A stretch of 64,000 bases of DNA. Source: an uncultured Alphaproteobacteria bacterium (GTDB lineage Bacteria > Pseudomonadota > Alphaproteobacteria > HIMB59 > GCA-002718135). Location: positions 14,477 to 78,476 of the forward strand of contig CACMKZ010000002.1 in NCBI GenBank assembly GCA_902614375.1. Direction: 5' to 3'. Below are positions 27,155 through 35,448 of this stretch, one piece after another. How positions within the stretch are numbered: the first letter of the stretch is position 1; every line of letters begins with the position of its first letter. A model generated the notes under the pieces. It was not told the origin of the DNA, did not search any database, and saw nothing but the letters and a program-made list of their open reading frames with translations. The position numbers and the translations under genes are program-made.

Positions 27155-27811
27155 ATGGCTCTTAATTTTGAAGAATATAAAACGAAACTTTATTCAGCTG
27201 TATTAGCTGATACATTAGATAGTTTGGGTTATCATAAACAAACATTAACGCCTGGTATCAAATCAATAAAACCAGATGTAATTATATGTGGGCTTGCGAG
27301 AGTTGGTTTGTATATGCCTATTTATCATGATGATGAAAATACAAATGTTTACGAACATGAAATAGCATTGATTGATAGTTTAAAAGAAAATGAAATTGCT
27401 GTTTTATGTTGTCATGGAAATGAAAAGATAGCTCCATGGGGAGAATTATTATCAACTCGCGCAACTTATCTAAAATCAGCAGGTTGTTTAACAGATGGTT
27501 GCGTTCGTGATACAAAAATGATTAATGAAATTGGTTTTCCAGTTTTTGCAAAAGGCACTAATCCTGTTGATACAAAATTTAGAGGTAAAATGATGATGGC
27601 AGATGTGCCAGGCGAAATAGCAAATGTCTATGTTGAAAGTGGAGATTTGGTATTTGGCGATAATGATGGTGTTGTTATTGTACCATCTAAAGTTATTGAT
27701 GAAGTAATAAGAAAAGCTCTAGAAAAAGTAAGTAGTGAAAATACTGTTAGAGATGAACTAAAAAAAGGTGATAGTTTAACTGCCGTATTTGAGAAACATA
27801 AAATTTTATAA
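27155..27811 (+). CDS. RraA-family protein (4-hydroxy-4-methyl-2-oxoglutarate aldolase / oxaloacetate decarboxylase-like)
   Basis: 218 aa. GCLTDGCVRD, FPVFAKG.NP and GDLVFGDNDGVVIVP are typical of the RraA/HMG-aldolase fold. Confidence 0.8.
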   Translation: MALNFEEYKTKLYSAVLADTLDSLGYHKQTLTPGIKSIKPDVIICGLARVGLYMPIYHDDENTNVYEHEIALIDSLKENEIAVLCCHGNEKIAPWGELLSTRATYLKSAGCLTDGCVRDTKMINEIGFPVFAKGTNPVDTKFRGKMMMADVPGEIANVYVESGDLVFGDNDGVVIVPSKVIDEVIRKALEKVSSENTVRDELKKGDSLTAVFEKHKIL

Positions 27812-28639
27812 TTTTATATTATTATTTTCAGCAACTGCTACCCATAAATTTGGATAAGTTTTAAGAAAAGAATTTTTTGCATTTTCAGCTTTAAGTTTAT
27901 TTTCAAAAACTGAAAAAATACATGATCCACTACCTGTTAGTCTTGTAAAAATAGTATCTTCTAAATTATCCATCTTATTATAAATAGAATTAAAATCAGG
28001 CTCGAGTTTTTTAATTACTTTTTCAAAATCATTCCCGTTATCATTATCATTAATTTCTTCAATATCTTCCTCGACATTATAATCAAAATCAGAAGGAATG
28101 AATGTGTCGTACATTTTTTTTGTGGAGCAATTAAAATTAGGTTTTGTTATTAAAAAAAAATATTTTGGGAAGACAATATTTGAAATTAAGTCTCCCCTTC
28201 CTCTTACCAAACTATCGTGCTGATTAAGAAAGAAAGGAATATCAGAACCTAAATCTGTATAGTCAAAAATATTTTTTTTATTAATAATTTCTAGATTTTC
28301 TAGTATCTTTATTACTGTTGCTGCATTTGAAGATGCCGAGCCCAATCCAGCTTGATAGGGAAAGTTTTTTGTAATTGAAAACGAAATGTTGGGAGGTGCA
28401 ATATTCAAAAAACTAAATATTTTTTTTATAATACAATCATCAAATATATTATTTTCTGGAGCAAATGCACCCCTGTATTCAACATTGAATTGATTGCTTG
28501 GCTTTACCTCTATTTCATCACATAAATTAATACTGGTTATTCCTGTTCTAATATTATGATAATTATCTTCTCTTCGATTTAAAATTTTAAGAAATAAATT
28601 TATTTTTGCAGGTGACTTCTCAGTAATACTATTATCCAT
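27806..28639 (-). CDS. ispE: 4-diphosphocytidyl-2-C-methyl-D-erythritol kinase
   Basis: 277 aa. PAKINLFLKI, R.DNYH, GHMP-kinase motif GLGSASSNAA. Confidence 0.9.
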   Translation of the reverse strand: MDNSITEKSPAKINLFLKILNRREDNYHNIRTGITSINLCDEIEVKPSNQFNVEYRGAFAPENNIFDDCIIKKIFSFLNIAPPNISFSITKNFPYQAGLGSASSNAATVIKILENLEIINKKNIFDYTDLGSDIPFFLNQHDSLVRGRGDLISNIVFPKYFFLITKPNFNCSTKKMYDTFIPSDFDYNVEEDIEEINDNDNGNDFEKVIKKLEPDFNSIYNKMDNLEDTIFTRLTGSGSCIFSVFENKLKAENAKNSFLKTYPNLWVAVAENNNIKL

Positions 28640-29939
28640 TAAATTTTTCTAATTTAATTTTAACATTTTCTTCAATTTCATCTTCAGGTTCAGCTAATTC
28701 TAGTGCTTGTTGCCAGAAATGAATAGCTTCTCTTTTTCTATTCATAGCATAATAAATATCTCCTAGGTGGTCTAGAGATATTGCTTCACCTGGTGCAATA
28801 TCTATTACCATTTCCATTAAACGAGCAGCTTCTGAAAGATTATTTTTTTTAAAATGTGCCCAAGCAAGACTGTCAATAATATAGAAACTTTCAGGGTTAG
28901 CTTCATACGCTTCTTCTAACATTTGTAAAGAACGATCTAATTTCATTTCTCTTTCAACCCAACCATAAGCAAGATAATTTAATACATTTGGACTATCAGG
29001 TTTTATTTCAAGTGATTTTAAAAAATCTTTTTCTGCTAAATCCCAATCACCTAATTGTTCAAAACATATACCTCTCATATAATATATATTCCAAATGTCA
29101 CCGCGGTTTTCTTCAATCATCTGGTTATAAATTGATAAAGCTAAATCATATTTTTTATTGTACCGATAAAAATCACCAAGAATTTTTTTAAGAGAATAAT
29201 TGTTATGGTTATTTTGTAGAATAGACAAAATTTTATTTTCAGCATCTTCATATGAACTATTATATAAATAATTTATTGCTAAACTACTTTGTGCATCTAA
29301 ATAATATGGACTTTCCTTCCCTATCTTCTCAAAAGTATTTCTTGCCACTTCGAATTGACCAACTTGATCAAATAGTTCAGCCTTAATAATTATTGCTCTT
29401 TCATTTTTTGGATCAATTAATTTGGCAAGTGAAGTGTAAAATAATAAAAAATTATAATTTAAACGTCTTTGCTCATTGTTTGAAAAAGATGATGCCACAA
29501 TTTCAACAAGTGAACGACTAATGGTAGCACCATCCTTAAGTCTATTATTTGTGAAGAAAATAAAATCTAGTAATTCATTTGGTTGGTCTAAATTATCTCG
29601 TAATTCTTTTATCTGATTAAATTTTTTATCTAAAAATAAGGATGAAATTTTAATTATATATGCTTCTTGATTATTTTTGTTTTTTTCCAAAATTTTATTA
29701 GCAATATCTTTGGCTAAATTAATATCTTCGGTAATAATCGCCGCTATTGCTTTATCAAGTAGTTGGTCTTGTGATAGTTTTATTTTATCGACATTAAAAT
29801 TCAATAATGTTGCAGGATAATCATAATTTTTAAAGGCTAGTTGTGAGATTAAAAAGTTAGAACTACTTGTTGCAAAAACAGTAGTATTGAAGGAGATAAT
29901 AAGACAAATAAAAAACCATTTTTTAATCAAATTAATCAT
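28632..29939 (-). CDS. TPR-repeat protein with signal peptide
   Basis: 435 aa. Hydrophobic N-terminus, and several TPR-like units in the C-terminal half (e.g. W..A...F.K.L...P....). 8-nt overlap with ispE. Confidence 0.75.
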   Translation of the reverse strand: MINLIKKWFFICLIISFNTTVFATSSSNFLISQLAFKNYDYPATLLNFNVDKIKLSQDQLLDKAIAAIITEDINLAKDIANKILEKNKNNQEAYIIKISSLFLDKKFNQIKELRDNLDQPNELLDFIFFTNNRLKDGATISRSLVEIVASSFSNNEQRRLNYNFLLFYTSLAKLIDPKNERAIIIKAELFDQVGQFEVARNTFEKIGKESPYYLDAQSSLAINYLYNSSYEDAENKILSILQNNHNNYSLKKILGDFYRYNKKYDLALSIYNQMIEENRGDIWNIYYMRGICFEQLGDWDLAEKDFLKSLEIKPDSPNVLNYLAYGWVEREMKLDRSLQMLEEAYEANPESFYIIDSLAWAHFKKNNLSEAARLMEMVIDIAPGEAISLDHLGDIYYAMNRKREAIHFWQQALELAEPEDEIEENVKIKLEKFNG

Positions 29940-29986
29940 TTTAAATATACTAGAGTTGCACTATGAATAGATAATTGTAATTTTAC

Positions 29987-30697
29987 ATGAATCAATCAAA
30001 TAAAAAAAATTTAGAATTCATAGTTAATTCTGGAGTAAACTATTTTCTTCAAGATTCTCCAAGAAACTGGTTTGAAAATGAGAAAAAATCTGAATTACCT
30101 GATCCCAATATCAATGCTGGGGATAAAAAAAGGGAAATTGATGATGTGATTAAAGACCTTAAAGATCACAAATCTAATCTTCAAAAAACCGCAAAAAATT
30201 TAGTAGTCTATGATGGAAATTTAAATGCAAAAGTTATGTTAATTGGTGAGGCTCCAGGAAGAGATGAGGATCAGCAAGGTATTCCATTTGTTGGCAGAGC
30301 TGGGCAACTACTAAATAAAATGCTTTTAGCAATTAATTTACAAAGAGAAGACGTCTACATTACTAATGTTGTTAATTGGCGTCCGCCTGATAATAGAACT
30401 CCTAATGATGAAGAAATTTTAGAATTTTTGCCATTTTTACAAAGACAAATTGATATCATTAAACCAAAATTTATCTTTCTATTAGGAGGCGTTGCAGCAA
30501 AAGCTATTTTATCAACGCCTCTAGCGCTTGGAAAACTCAGAGGTAAATGGCATGAATACAAATCACTCAATTTAGATGAATCAATTCCGACGATAGCTTC
30601 CTATCATCCTGCTTTTTTACTGCGATCTCCTCAGTATAAAAAACATTCTTGGGAAGATTTACAAATGCTACAAGAGAAATTGAAAAATGTATCATAA
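29987..30697 (+). CDS. Uracil-DNA glycosylase, family 4
   Basis: 236 aa. GEAPGRDEDQQGIPFVGRAGQLL and SYHPAFLLR motifs. Confidence 0.85.
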   Translation: MNQSNKKNLEFIVNSGVNYFLQDSPRNWFENEKKSELPDPNINAGDKKREIDDVIKDLKDHKSNLQKTAKNLVVYDGNLNAKVMLIGEAPGRDEDQQGIPFVGRAGQLLNKMLLAINLQREDVYITNVVNWRPPDNRTPNDEEILEFLPFLQRQIDIIKPKFIFLLGGVAAKAILSTPLALGKLRGKWHEYKSLNLDESIPTIASYHPAFLLRSPQYKKHSWEDLQMLQEKLKNVS

Positions 30698-32432
30698 AAA
30701 ATTTTTAATTTTTTGTTTTTTTGTATTCTTTATAATTTTTTCAAAACAAATATACGCATACCAACAAGATATAGTCACCAAATACGATGATATATTCTCA
30801 TCAAAGGTTCTTAGTGAAGAAGATGTTTATAACTATCAACAAGCATACAAGTTTCAAGATATATGCAAATGGAAAAGTGCAAACAATTTTATTTTAAAAA
30901 TTAAAAATAAATCTTTATTAGGACACATCTATGCACAAAAATTTTTGCATCCAAATTGTTATCGATCAAAGTATTTAGAATTATATTATTGGCTAAAAAA
31001 ATATAATGATCATCCACAAGCAAAGCAAATATATAAATTGGCTATTCGAAGAATGCCAGAGGGTTATAAAAGCCCAACTAAACCAAGCATTCCAATTGGG
31101 ATAGAATCGGAACAGGTAAATAGTAAGAAATCTAATAAATATAAAAGTTCCAAAAAACTATCTAACAATCAAAGAGCTGAAAAAAGAAAATTAATTAACG
31201 GAATTAAATCAAGAGTTAACAAAGGATGGCCGACAGGTGCAGTACAATTATTAAATCAAAGAGATGTAGATCTATTATTAGATCAAGTTGAGATAGATCA
31301 ACAAAAAGAATTAATCGCCAAAGGATATTTCTTAGCAAATAAAAATGACTTAGCAATCCAATACGCTTCTGAAGCTCTTGTAAATTCTGCAAAATATGTT
31401 CCTTATGCAGCTTGGACTGCTGGTTTATCTTCTTGGAGGCTAGAAAAATATGAAAATGCTGCAAAATATTTTTCTCTCTTTTCGATTAGTTTAAAAGATG
31501 ATGCGTGGCATCAAACGTCAGGAAGTTTTTGGACAGCTAGATCATATGCAAAACTTGGTCGTTATGATGATATTAATTTTTGGTTAAAAAGAGCATCAAA
31601 TAATCCAAATAGTTTTTATGGAATGCTTGCATTAGAAATTTTAGGTGTAGATGAAAAAATAGAATGGGTAGAACATACTGATCTAAATAAAAATAATAGT
31701 ACAATTTTAAATATACCAGCAGGAAAAAGAATACAGACACTAATACAAGTAGGTTTTGCAGATGAATTAGAAAAGGAAATTGTTCATATCAATTCCATTT
31801 TAAATAGAGAAATAGCAAAAGAGTCTATTCAAATTGCCGAAAATTTTGATCTTGCCTATACACAATTAAAAATTGTCAATAAGCTTGAGAACTTTGGTAT
31901 GGATGTTCCTACTTACCTCTATTACCCAACTAGTGTTTGGAAGCCACGAGATGGTTTCAAATTAGAAAAAGAATTACTCCACGCCTTTATGCATCAAGAA
32001 TCTATGTTTAATATAAAAGCAAAAAGTAAAGATGGTGCCATAGGGTTAATGCAAGTTTTACCTTCAACAGCTAAATTTATTACAAAAAGTAAAGACGTAA
32101 AAAGAAGCAATAGTAATATTCTTAAAAATCCAGAAATAAATCTGGAGGTGGGACAAGAATACTTGACGTATCTTCTAGATCTAGAGCAGGTTTCAAGAAA
32201 TCTTATATTTCTAGCAGCAGCATATAATGGTGGTCCAGGAAATTTACAAAAATGGAAAAATGAAACAAATTATATGGAAGACTCACTCTTTTTTATGGAA
32301 AGTATTCCATCAAGAGAAACAAGATGGTTCATAGAAAAGATCTTAACAAAATATTGGATTTACCAAAATAAAAACAATAAAGAAATGCGCTCCCTAAAAA
32401 TGCTAGCAAATGGAAATGATCCACTTTATTAA
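30687..32432 (+). CDS. slt: Soluble lytic murein transglycosylase (Slt family)
   Basis: 581 aa. Signal peptide, superhelical N-domain, catalytic ESMFN...GAIGLMQVLPSTA and AAYNGGPGN. Confidence 0.85.
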   Translation: MYHKKFLIFCFFVFFIIFSKQIYAYQQDIVTKYDDIFSSKVLSEEDVYNYQQAYKFQDICKWKSANNFILKIKNKSLLGHIYAQKFLHPNCYRSKYLELYYWLKKYNDHPQAKQIYKLAIRRMPEGYKSPTKPSIPIGIESEQVNSKKSNKYKSSKKLSNNQRAEKRKLINGIKSRVNKGWPTGAVQLLNQRDVDLLLDQVEIDQQKELIAKGYFLANKNDLAIQYASEALVNSAKYVPYAAWTAGLSSWRLEKYENAAKYFSLFSISLKDDAWHQTSGSFWTARSYAKLGRYDDINFWLKRASNNPNSFYGMLALEILGVDEKIEWVEHTDLNKNNSTILNIPAGKRIQTLIQVGFADELEKEIVHINSILNREIAKESIQIAENFDLAYTQLKIVNKLENFGMDVPTYLYYPTSVWKPRDGFKLEKELLHAFMHQESMFNIKAKSKDGAIGLMQVLPSTAKFITKSKDVKRSNSNILKNPEINLEVGQEYLTYLLDLEQVSRNLIFLAAAYNGGPGNLQKWKNETNYMEDSLFFMESIPSRETRWFIEKILTKYWIYQNKNNKEMRSLKMLANGNDPLY

Positions 32433-32438
32433 TAGGTT

Positions 32439-32966
32439 ATGCCAATTGATACTTCTCTAGATTTTGTTCCCATAAATATTGCTGTTATTACAATTTCAGA
32501 TTCAAGAACTAAAGAAAACGATACATCTGGAGATACATTAGAAAAGCGCATTACTGATGCTGGTCATACAATGATTAAACGGACAATTATACCAGATGAT
32601 GTTTCTCAAATAAAAGATACCTTAAATACAATGTCTAAAGAAAAAGAGATTGATTGCATTATTACAACTGGTGGGACTGGATTAACAGGAAGAGATACTA
32701 CACCAGAAGCTGTAAACGCTATTGCTAGTAAACATATCGATGGATTTGGGGAATTATTTCGCAAAGTTAGTTTTGAAAAAATTGGTACATCGGCAATTCA
32801 ATCACGAGCAGTTGCAGCCTTAATAAATAGCACGTATGTTTTTTGTTTACCTGGATCAACAGGTGCATGCAAGGACGGCTGGGATGAAATTTTACAATAT
32901 CAATTGGACATTAGACATAAGCCCTGTAATTTTGTTGAAATCATGCCAAGATTAAATGAAAAGTAG
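32439..32966 (+). CDS. moaB: MoaB/MogA-family molybdenum cofactor biosynthesis protein
   Basis: 175 aa. TTGGTGLTGRDTTPEA motif. Confidence 0.8.
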   Translation: MPIDTSLDFVPINIAVITISDSRTKENDTSGDTLEKRITDAGHTMIKRTIIPDDVSQIKDTLNTMSKEKEIDCIITTGGTGLTGRDTTPEAVNAIASKHIDGFGELFRKVSFEKIGTSAIQSRAVAALINSTYVFCLPGSTGACKDGWDEILQYQLDIRHKPCNFVEIMPRLNEK

Positions 32967-33580
32967 TGACTGATTTTTCTATAGAGAAATCAATAGATGG
33001 GCCTGTGATTGGTTTAGATGAAGTTGGCAGAGGTCCATTAGCAGGCCCAGTGGTGAGTTGTGGATGTTATTTTTCTAATTATGATAATTTAGAATCAGAA
33101 ATACCCATTACTGACTCAAAAAAACATACAGCAAAACAAAGAGAAAAATTATTCTTATTTTTTAAAAAATTACAAAAAGAAAAAAAACTTCAATATTACT
33201 TAGGCTACGCTAGCGTAAAAGAAATAGATACAATTAATATTTTGGAAGCAACAAAATTATCAATGAAAAGAGTAATTGAAAAATTTAATTTTGAAAATCC
33301 ATATCTTATTATTGATGGAAACTTTTCATTAAATTATCAAAATGAAAAATCTATAATAGGTGGAGATAAAAAATCTTTATCGATTGCAAGTGCATCTATT
33401 ATTGCAAAAGTTCACCGTGATCGACTGATGAGTATTCTTGATAGTAAGTTTACATTTTATGATTGGAAAAAAAATGCAGGTTATGGAACTAAAAAACATA
33501 TTGATGCAATACACAAACACGGTGTAACTCAATTTCACCGAAAATCGTTTGAACCAATTAAATCGTTATTAAAAAAATAA
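32966..33580 (+). CDS. rnhB: Ribonuclease HII
   Basis: 204 aa, GTG start overlapping the moaB stop. GLDEVGRGPLAGPVV and IIDGN, with the catalytic Asp context conserved. Confidence 0.9.
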   Translation: MTDFSIEKSIDGPVIGLDEVGRGPLAGPVVSCGCYFSNYDNLESEIPITDSKKHTAKQREKLFLFFKKLQKEKKLQYYLGYASVKEIDTINILEATKLSMKRVIEKFNFENPYLIIDGNFSLNYQNEKSIIGGDKKSLSIASASIIAKVHRDRLMSILDSKFTFYDWKKNAGYGTKKHIDAIHKHGVTQFHRKSFEPIKSLLKK

Positions 33581-33670
33581 ATTACCCAAATTTATCCATG
33601 CAAAGAATGCATACCAAATATTATATTATTATGCTTCAAAAAGATGCGACAAACACTAAATAGATATTAG

Positions 33671-33728
33671 GTTTCATCATTCCTCCCATTTGATGAACTA
33701 TTCTAGGGGTCTTCGGACCCCTTTTTTT
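33671..33728 (+). ncRNA. Candidate sRNA 3' module: CCUCCC-loop hairpin followed by intrinsic terminator (5' end undefined, possibly about 33600)
   Basis: Hairpin 1 has stem 33673-33679 (TTCATCA) pairing with 33691-33697 (TGATGAA) and an 11-nt loop TTCCTCCCATT. Terminator hairpin follows 8 nt later. It lies 90-145 nt downstream of the rnhB stop, in the largest non-coding gap of the window. Confidence 0.3.
33705..33728 (+). terminator. Rho-independent terminator (GC stem, UUCG tetraloop, U7)
   Basis: GGGGTC (33706-33711), loop TTCG, GACCCC (33716-33721), then TTTTTTT (33722-33728). This is the only GC-rich canonical terminator I could find in the window. Confidence 0.75.
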
Positions 33729-33733
33729 ATGTT

Positions 33734-33832
33734 TTTGGCCAAATTTTAAGGTTATCCCTACCTAAAGATTCCCCCTGTTGATAACTCAATTGACCTGATT
33801 CCATATCTGCTTAAAGATTCTTTTTATCAATT
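33734..33832 (+). promoter_or_regulatory. ccrM upstream region with three GANTC sites and two palindromes
   Basis: GATTC at 33767-33771, 33797-33801 and 33816-33820. A 10-bp palindrome TTTGGCCAAA at 33734-33743. An inverted repeat GTTATC (33751-33756) / GATAAC (33780-33785) brackets the first GANTC. Confidence 0.5.
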
Positions 33833-34903
33833 ATGAAGAATAATCAAATTATTTTAGGTGATTCTATTAAGGAAATGAAAAAATTAAAAGATCATTCGGT
33901 TGATCTTATTTTTGCTGATCCACCCTATAATCTTCAATTAAAGGATACATTATACAGACCTGATCAAACAACGGTGGAAGCAGTTACACAAGATTGGGAT
34001 AAATTTAGTACGTATATAGAATATGATCAATTTACTAATGCTTGGCTTAGTGAATGTAAACGTATTTTAAAAAAAGGTGGGGCACTTTGGGTGATAGGAA
34101 GTTATCATAATATTTTACGTGTAGGTTCTACAATCCAAGATGAAGGCTTATGGATCTTAAATGATATTATTTGGCATAAAACAAACCCTATGCCAAACTT
34201 TCGTGGTACACGTTTCACAAATGCGCATGAAACACTGTTATGGTGCACAACATCAAGAGAAGCAAAATACACATTCAACTATCAAAATCTCAAAGAACTA
34301 AATGAAGGAAAACAAATGCGAAGTGACTGGTATATTCCTATTTGTTCAGGTAAAGAAAGACTGCGAAAAAATAATAATCAGCGATCGCATCCAACACAAA
34401 AACCAGAAGCGCTCCTTTATCGAATTCTACTAGCATCGACAAACAAAGGTGACCTTGTTCTTGATCCATTTTCAGGCAGTGGAACAACTGCGGTTGTTGC
34501 AAAAAAATTACAACGTAACTTTATTGGTATAGAAAAAGATGAGGACTACGTTAAACTATCAAAAGAACGATTAAAGAAAACTAAAGTATTGAAAGAAGAA
34601 GTTGTAACTATTGCAAAGAGCAGAAGAGAGTTACCAAAAGTTCCTTTTGGTGAATTAGTCGAGCAAGGAATTATTCCACCTGGTGCTGTATTAACTGATA
34701 AAAAAGAACGCTTTAAAGCAACGGTTAGTATTGATGGAACACTTAAAATAAAAGATTTAACAGGTTCTATTCATCAAATGGGAGCAAAGATACAAGGACT
34801 ACCAAGTTGTAATGGATGGGATTTTTGGCATGTAAAAGATAAATCTAAATCAATCCTTCTAGATGAAATACGATCTAATTACCGTAGAGATAAACTAAAT
34901 TAA
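33833..34903 (+). CDS. ccrM: CcrM-type N6-adenine DNA methyltransferase (GANTC-specific family)
   Basis: 356 aa, collinear with Caulobacter CcrM. Shared blocks: [75 protein letters not shown]-terminal GSIH..GA......NGW.FWH. Confidence 0.93.
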   Translation: MKNNQIILGDSIKEMKKLKDHSVDLIFADPPYNLQLKDTLYRPDQTTVEAVTQDWDKFSTYIEYDQFTNAWLSECKRILKKGGALWVIGSYHNILRVGSTIQDEGLWILNDIIWHKTNPMPNFRGTRFTNAHETLLWCTTSREAKYTFNYQNLKELNEGKQMRSDWYIPICSGKERLRKNNNQRSHPTQKPEALLYRILLASTNKGDLVLDPFSGSGTTAVVAKKLQRNFIGIEKDEDYVKLSKERLKKTKVLKEEVVTIAKSRRELPKVPFGELVEQGIIPPGAVLTDKKERFKATVSIDGTLKIKDLTGSIHQMGAKIQGLPSCNGWDFWHVKDKSKSILLDEIRSNYRRDKLN

Positions 34904-35448
34904 TAATCTTTTATTCTTCCAACGACATTAAGATTTCGATCAGCTATTAATATTTCACCGGAAGTTACTGCCTGACCAAAGATAGCAGCGATTACTACGT
35001 AGTGTGTGACGAATACTATATTACCTTCATTTTCTAAATTATTTATAAAATTAATTAATTTCTCAAGTTGTGGCTCTTTATTTTTGTAAAATTTAGGATC
35101 ATAAAACGAATTAAGAGCATCAAATGTTTCAAATTTTTGGAATGCTAGATTTGCTGTTTCTTTACAACGACACCATTCACTAGATAAAACTAAATCTATA
35201 GAGATATTGTTTGTATCAAAAAATTTACCTAATTCGATAGATTGCTCTTTACCTACACTATTAAGATTCCGCTGAGTAGAACAATCAAAAATATCAAAAT
35301 TATCAGGATCTCCATTACCAGGAGCTAGAGCATGTCGAATAAATATTAATTTATTGTTTTGTTTTAATACCTTTACATAATCTGAATTAGCATTAGTTGA
35401 TAAAGAATAAATAAAAGTCAGTACAATAATAATTAATTTCTTAATCAA
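34900..35448 (-). CDS. Histidine phosphatase superfamily protein with signal peptide
   Basis: 182 aa. Hydrophobic N-terminus ([16 protein letters not shown]), catalytic [14 protein letters not shown]...CSTQRNL and distal VTHYVV. Its stop overlaps the convergent ccrM stop in TTAA. Confidence 0.8.
   Translation of the reverse strand: MIKKLIIIVLTFIYSLSTNANSDYVKVLKQNNKLIFIRHALAPGNGDPDNFDIFDCSTQRNLNSVGKEQSIELGKFFDTNNISIDLVLSSEWCRCKETANLAFQKFETFDALNSFYDPKFYKNKEPQLEKLINFINNLENEGNIVFVTHYVVIAAIFGQAVTSGEILIADRNLNVVGRIKDY

Noticed and set aside
1-27811. Treating the catabolic island as a mobile genomic island or ICE.
   Set aside because: I recognised no integrase, transposase, tRNA target, direct repeats or conjugation genes within the window. 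The left border lies outside the window, so mobility cannot be assessed.
33598-33663. 21-codon ORF (MQRMHTKYYIIMLQKDATNTK) in the rnhB-ccrM spacer, considered as a small protein or leader peptide.
   Set aside because: There is no Shine-Dalgarno sequence and no codon pattern suggesting attenuation, and ORFs of this length arise by chance. The region is better treated as part of a possible non-coding RNA.
33741-33832. CtrA box (TTAA-N7-TTAA) upstream of ccrM, as in Caulobacter.
   Set aside because: TTAA half-sites exist (around 33746 and 33811), but none has a partner at N7 spacing. TTAA is also trivially frequent in this composition.
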